Source: an uncultured Sphingomonadaceae bacterium (GTDB lineage Bacteria > Pseudomonadota > Alphaproteobacteria > Sphingomonadales > Sphingomonadaceae). From it: a stretch of DNA of 64,000 bases. The notes below the pieces were generated by a model, which searched no databases, was not told the DNA's origin, and saw only the letters and a list, made by a program, of their open reading frames with translations. The translations under genes and the position numbers were made by a program. Below are positions 61,333-64,000 of this stretch, piece by piece (the first letter of the stretch is position 1; every line of letters begins with the position of its first letter). The DNA is taken from assembly GCA_903871605.1 (NCBI GenBank), contig CAIQHF010000043.1, positions 34,721-98,720 on the forward strand. Reading direction: 5' to 3'.

Positions 61333-62021
61333 TGCGCCGCCTCCTGCTGTTCGCCGCCGCCACGATGCTCGTGGCGGCCAAGCATGCGCCGGAAGCGCCG
61401 CTGCTGCTCAATCCCGGCAATTTCGATCCCGCGCAGCTGCTGCCGCCTGCCCCGCGCGACGACAGCGCGGCTGGACGGGCGGAGCTCGCGCAGCTTCACG
61501 TCATCGACAGGACGCGGACCTCCGAGGAGGTCCTCCACGCCAAGGCCGACGGCGAAGTGAAGAACGTGACGATCTTCGCGGCGGCAATGGGGCCGCGCTT
61601 CGATCTCGACAGGCTGCCCGCCACCAAGGCCCTCTTCCATATGGTGCGCGAGGAGGAAAAAGCGGCCGCTGATCGCGCCAAGGATCATTTCAAGCGCAAC
61701 CGGCCGTGGATCACCGATCCGACGCTCCACCCGTGCGCCACCGACGACGAGCCGCAGAGCAGCTACCCAAGTGGCCACACCTCGATGGGCTATGCGATGG
61801 CCGCCATCCTGGCGCGGCTCGTTCCCGCCAGAGCACCGGGTATCATGGCCCGCGCCGCCGACTATGCCCACAGCCGGCTGGTCTGCGAGGTGCATTTTCC
61901 CGCCGACGTCGCCGCCGGACAGGCATTTGGCATGATGATCGCCGAGCGGCTGATCGAGCAGCCGGCATTCCGCACATCCTTCGAAGCGGCGCAATCCGAG
62001 CTCAAAGCAGCGGGATTTTGA
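61332..62021 (+). CDS. Class A non-specific acid phosphatase (PAP2)
   Basis: KDHFKRNRP, YPSGH, SRLVCEVHFPADV; signal peptide; TGATG coupling to the receptor. Confidence 0.92.
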   Translation: MRRLLLFAAATMLVAAKHAPEAPLLLNPGNFDPAQLLPPAPRDDSAAGRAELAQLHVIDRTRTSEEVLHAKADGEVKNVTIFAAAMGPRFDLDRLPATKALFHMVREEEKAAADRAKDHFKRNRPWITDPTLHPCATDDEPQSSYPSGHTSMGYAMAAILARLVPARAPGIMARAADYAHSRLVCEVHFPADVAAGQAFGMMIAERLIEQPAFRTSFEAAQSELKAAGF

Positions 62022-62153
62022 GGGACAGCGCATCAGAGGCAGATGATGATCGCCTGGCGGTGCGTCGCGACGATGACACCTCGCTCGCGGGCGGCACGGC
62101 ATGATCGAACGGGCCCGAGCGATCGATCAAGGCGACGCAACCCGGATGGGCAA

Positions 62154-62277
62154 ATGCAACGCCGCGCCTATGTGCTCGCCGACAACAAGCTGGCGCTCGC
62201 GGCGGGCTGGTCGAGCGAGCTGCTCGCGATCGAACTCCAGGCGCTGATCGATCGCGACTTCGACGTCGAGCTGACCG
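62154..62277 (+). pseudogene. Remnant of a ParB-N-domain/DNA-methylase gene of mobile-element type
   Basis: RRAYVLADNKLALAAGWSSELLAIELQALIDRDFDVELT, with no intact flanking frame. Confidence 0.6.
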
Positions 62278-62403
62278 CACCAGATCGACCAACAGCTCGC
62301 CGTGAACACCGCACAAACCGTTCAAGGTGCACCAAATTCTCTGATCGATGAGACCGGGCTGCCCGCAGGACGACGAGCGAACCCGATCTCTCCGACGGCA
62401 TCG

Positions 62404-62955
62404 TTACGGCATGAGGACGGTATCGACGACATGGATTACGCCGTTCGATTGCATGACGTCCTTGATCGTCACCGTCGACATGCCGCCCTTGGCATCGGTC
62501 AGGACGAGCTTGCCCATTTTCATACTCGCGGTGAGCGGCTCGCCCTGGACTGTTGTGAGCGTTGCGGTGCCGTGACCAGCCTTGATAGCCTTCGCGATTG
62601 CCTTGGACGTCATCGTGCCGGCGACGACATGATAAGTCAGGATGCCGACCAGTGTCGCCTTATTCTCAGGCTTGAGCAGGGTGTCGATAGTGCCCGCGGG
62701 AAGCTTGGCAAAGGCCTCGTTGGTGGGCGCGAAAACGGTGAAGGGGCCAGGGCCGGACAACGTATCGACCAGACCCGCGGCCTTGACCGCGGCGACCAGA
62801 GTGGTGTGGTCCTTGGAATTGACCGCATTATCGACGATCGTCTTGGTTGGATACATTGCGGCGCCGCCGACCATCGGATTGGCTGACGCGAGCGACGGCG
62901 TAAGCGCGCCGAGCGCAAATGCTACGATCGCGGTGTTGAAGCGGATTTTTGTCAT
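62404..62955 (-). CDS. Secreted fasciclin (FAS1) domain protein
   Basis: Signal peptide, TLVAAVKAAGL, FTVFAPTNEAF, LTYHVV, NGVIHVVDTVL; AAGGA RBS. Confidence 0.93.
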   Translation of the reverse strand: MTKIRFNTAIVAFALGALTPSLASANPMVGGAAMYPTKTIVDNAVNSKDHTTLVAAVKAAGLVDTLSGPGPFTVFAPTNEAFAKLPAGTIDTLLKPENKATLVGILTYHVVAGTMTSKAIAKAIKAGHGTATLTTVQGEPLTASMKMGKLVLTDAKGGMSTVTIKDVMQSNGVIHVVDTVLMP

Positions 62956-62999
62956 CGGTGCATCCTTCTCAAGCCACTCTACGCGGAGCGGCGACGAAG

Positions 63000-63026
63000 T
63001 TACGGAGGCAGACGATGGATGGATGC
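63000..63026 (-). promoter_or_regulatory. ECF (SigK-like) promoter GCATCC-N15-CCGTAA for the fasciclin gene
   Basis: Resembles the M. tuberculosis SigK consensus CCATCC-N15-CCGAA; 45 bp upstream of the start. Confidence 0.55.
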
Positions 63027-63121
63027 ACCGGATCAGGATTTTGGATACGTGGATGCCGCCGGCCCGACCCCATGATATCTTCGATCCGCAGATGCGATCT
63101 CTTCGGCCACGGGGCATTCGG

Positions 63122-63823
63122 TCAGACCGCCACCATTTCGCCGGAAAGGATCACCGGGCCAGTTGGCAGGCCGCTCGGCGAGCCACCGAGCGGCTCGACT
63201 GAGACGGCAATCGTCACGCCCGCGGACAGTATCGCACGGGCGTCCGCCGGCACCTTGGCCCAACCAGGCGCCGAGGAATTCATGATCCCCATCATGCGCG
63301 GTTTGCCGTCCCTTGGGATTGCCCATAATTCGGGAGAATGGTGACCGATATCGAGACCGCTCGCCACCGACGTCATGCGGCCCGACGCCGGATCGAAACT
63401 GATGGTGACGAGGCCCTTTGCACCTGTCAGCACCGCCACCATAGGGGCTGCCGGTGCCTCTGCGACCGGGACGCGAACGAAAATCCGCGTCGGCGCTCGC
63501 AATGCGACCGCGCCAAGAATGAGCGCTGCAGCGGTCGCGGCGACCGTCCCGGTCTGCCACCAACGCAATGAAGCGCGCGAGCGCGGCGACGTGATGTCGT
63601 TAGCCGGCAGGCGGGAAACGATTGCGGTCCATGTCGAGGGACGCGGCGCCTCGCCCGGATCCGCAAACAGCGCCGCGGCATGCGCCTGCCAGCGTTGATG
63701 AGCCTGCGCGAAGGCAGGGTCTTCGACCAGCCGCTGCTCTGCGAGATGCCGGTCGGCATCGTCGATCAGCCCGAAGGCGAGTTCCGCCGCCAGAAGGTCG
63801 TCGTCGGTGGAGAATGCCGTCAC
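63122..63823 (-). CDS. Anti-sigma factor (RskA-like)
   Basis: LLAAELAFGL, single TM, ELWAI, IAVSVEPLGGSPSGLPTGPVI. Confidence 0.88.
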   Translation of the reverse strand: MTAFSTDDDLLAAELAFGLIDDADRHLAEQRLVEDPAFAQAHQRWQAHAAALFADPGEAPRPSTWTAIVSRLPANDITSPRSRASLRWWQTGTVAATAAALILGAVALRAPTRIFVRVPVAEAPAAPMVAVLTGAKGLVTISFDPASGRMTSVASGLDIGHHSPELWAIPRDGKPRMMGIMNSSAPGWAKVPADARAILSAGVTIAVSVEPLGGSPSGLPTGPVILSGEMVAV

Positions 63824-64000
63824 GACAAACAGTCCTTTAGCGTCAGCAAAGCCCGCCGGATACGGCTCTTGATCGTGCCCAGCGGCTTCGCGGCGCGTTC
63901 CGCCAACTCAGCGTATGTCGCCCCCTCGAAAAATGCGGTGCGGATCAGTTCTGCATCGCTGGCTGCCAAAGTTCCGATACACTTGGCCACCCGTCGCTCG
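63820..64000 (-). CDS. ECF sigma-70 factor, C-terminal region 4 only (window edge)
   Basis: Manual translation LIRTAFFEGATYAELAERAAKPLGTIKSRIRRALLTLKDCLS*; GTGA overlap with the anti-sigma gene. Confidence 0.85.
   Translation of the reverse strand, partial: ERRVAKCIGTLAASDAELIRTAFFEGATYAELAERAAKPLGTIKSRIRRALLTLKDCLS

Overview
GC-rich alphaproteobacterial DNA, most likely a sphingomonad (inferred from TonB receptors, lig/des genes and codon style). It is almost entirely accessory catabolic and scavenging genes in four blocks. (1) 1-30 kb: an uncharacterised multi-operon enzyme cluster with no regulator gene in view. It holds a thiolase, a CoA ligase, a three-subunit biotin carboxylase whose carboxyltransferase site is altered, and a 533-aa unknown protein. 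It also has a GMC oxidoreductase, two MFS transporters, two alpha/beta-hydrolases with His at the nucleophile elbow, a two-domain nitrilase and a SAM methyltransferase with a small partner. The rest are ALDH, ADH, a Rieske oxygenase, a LeuCD-like hydratase with an ICL/PEP-mutase-family lyase, a Cys-less racemase-fold protein with a PuuE-like hydrolase, and two paralogues of an unknown family. (2) 30-43.5 kb: a tannin/gallate locus (tannase, TonB receptor, MFS, DesB-type gallate dioxygenase, ligU/ligK/ligR/ligJ). (3) 43.6-52.1 kb: pobR-pobA and a complete pcaIJHGB(DC)F beta-ketoadipate operon. (4) 52-64 kb: rluE-rlmJ, an FAD oxidoreductase-MFS pair, a two-component system with a TonB receptor and class A acid phosphatase, a ParB/methylase remnant, and an ECF sigma/anti-sigma/fasciclin module cut by the window end. 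I saw no rRNA, tRNA, CRISPR array or intact transposase. All calls come from motif reading; no database searches were run.
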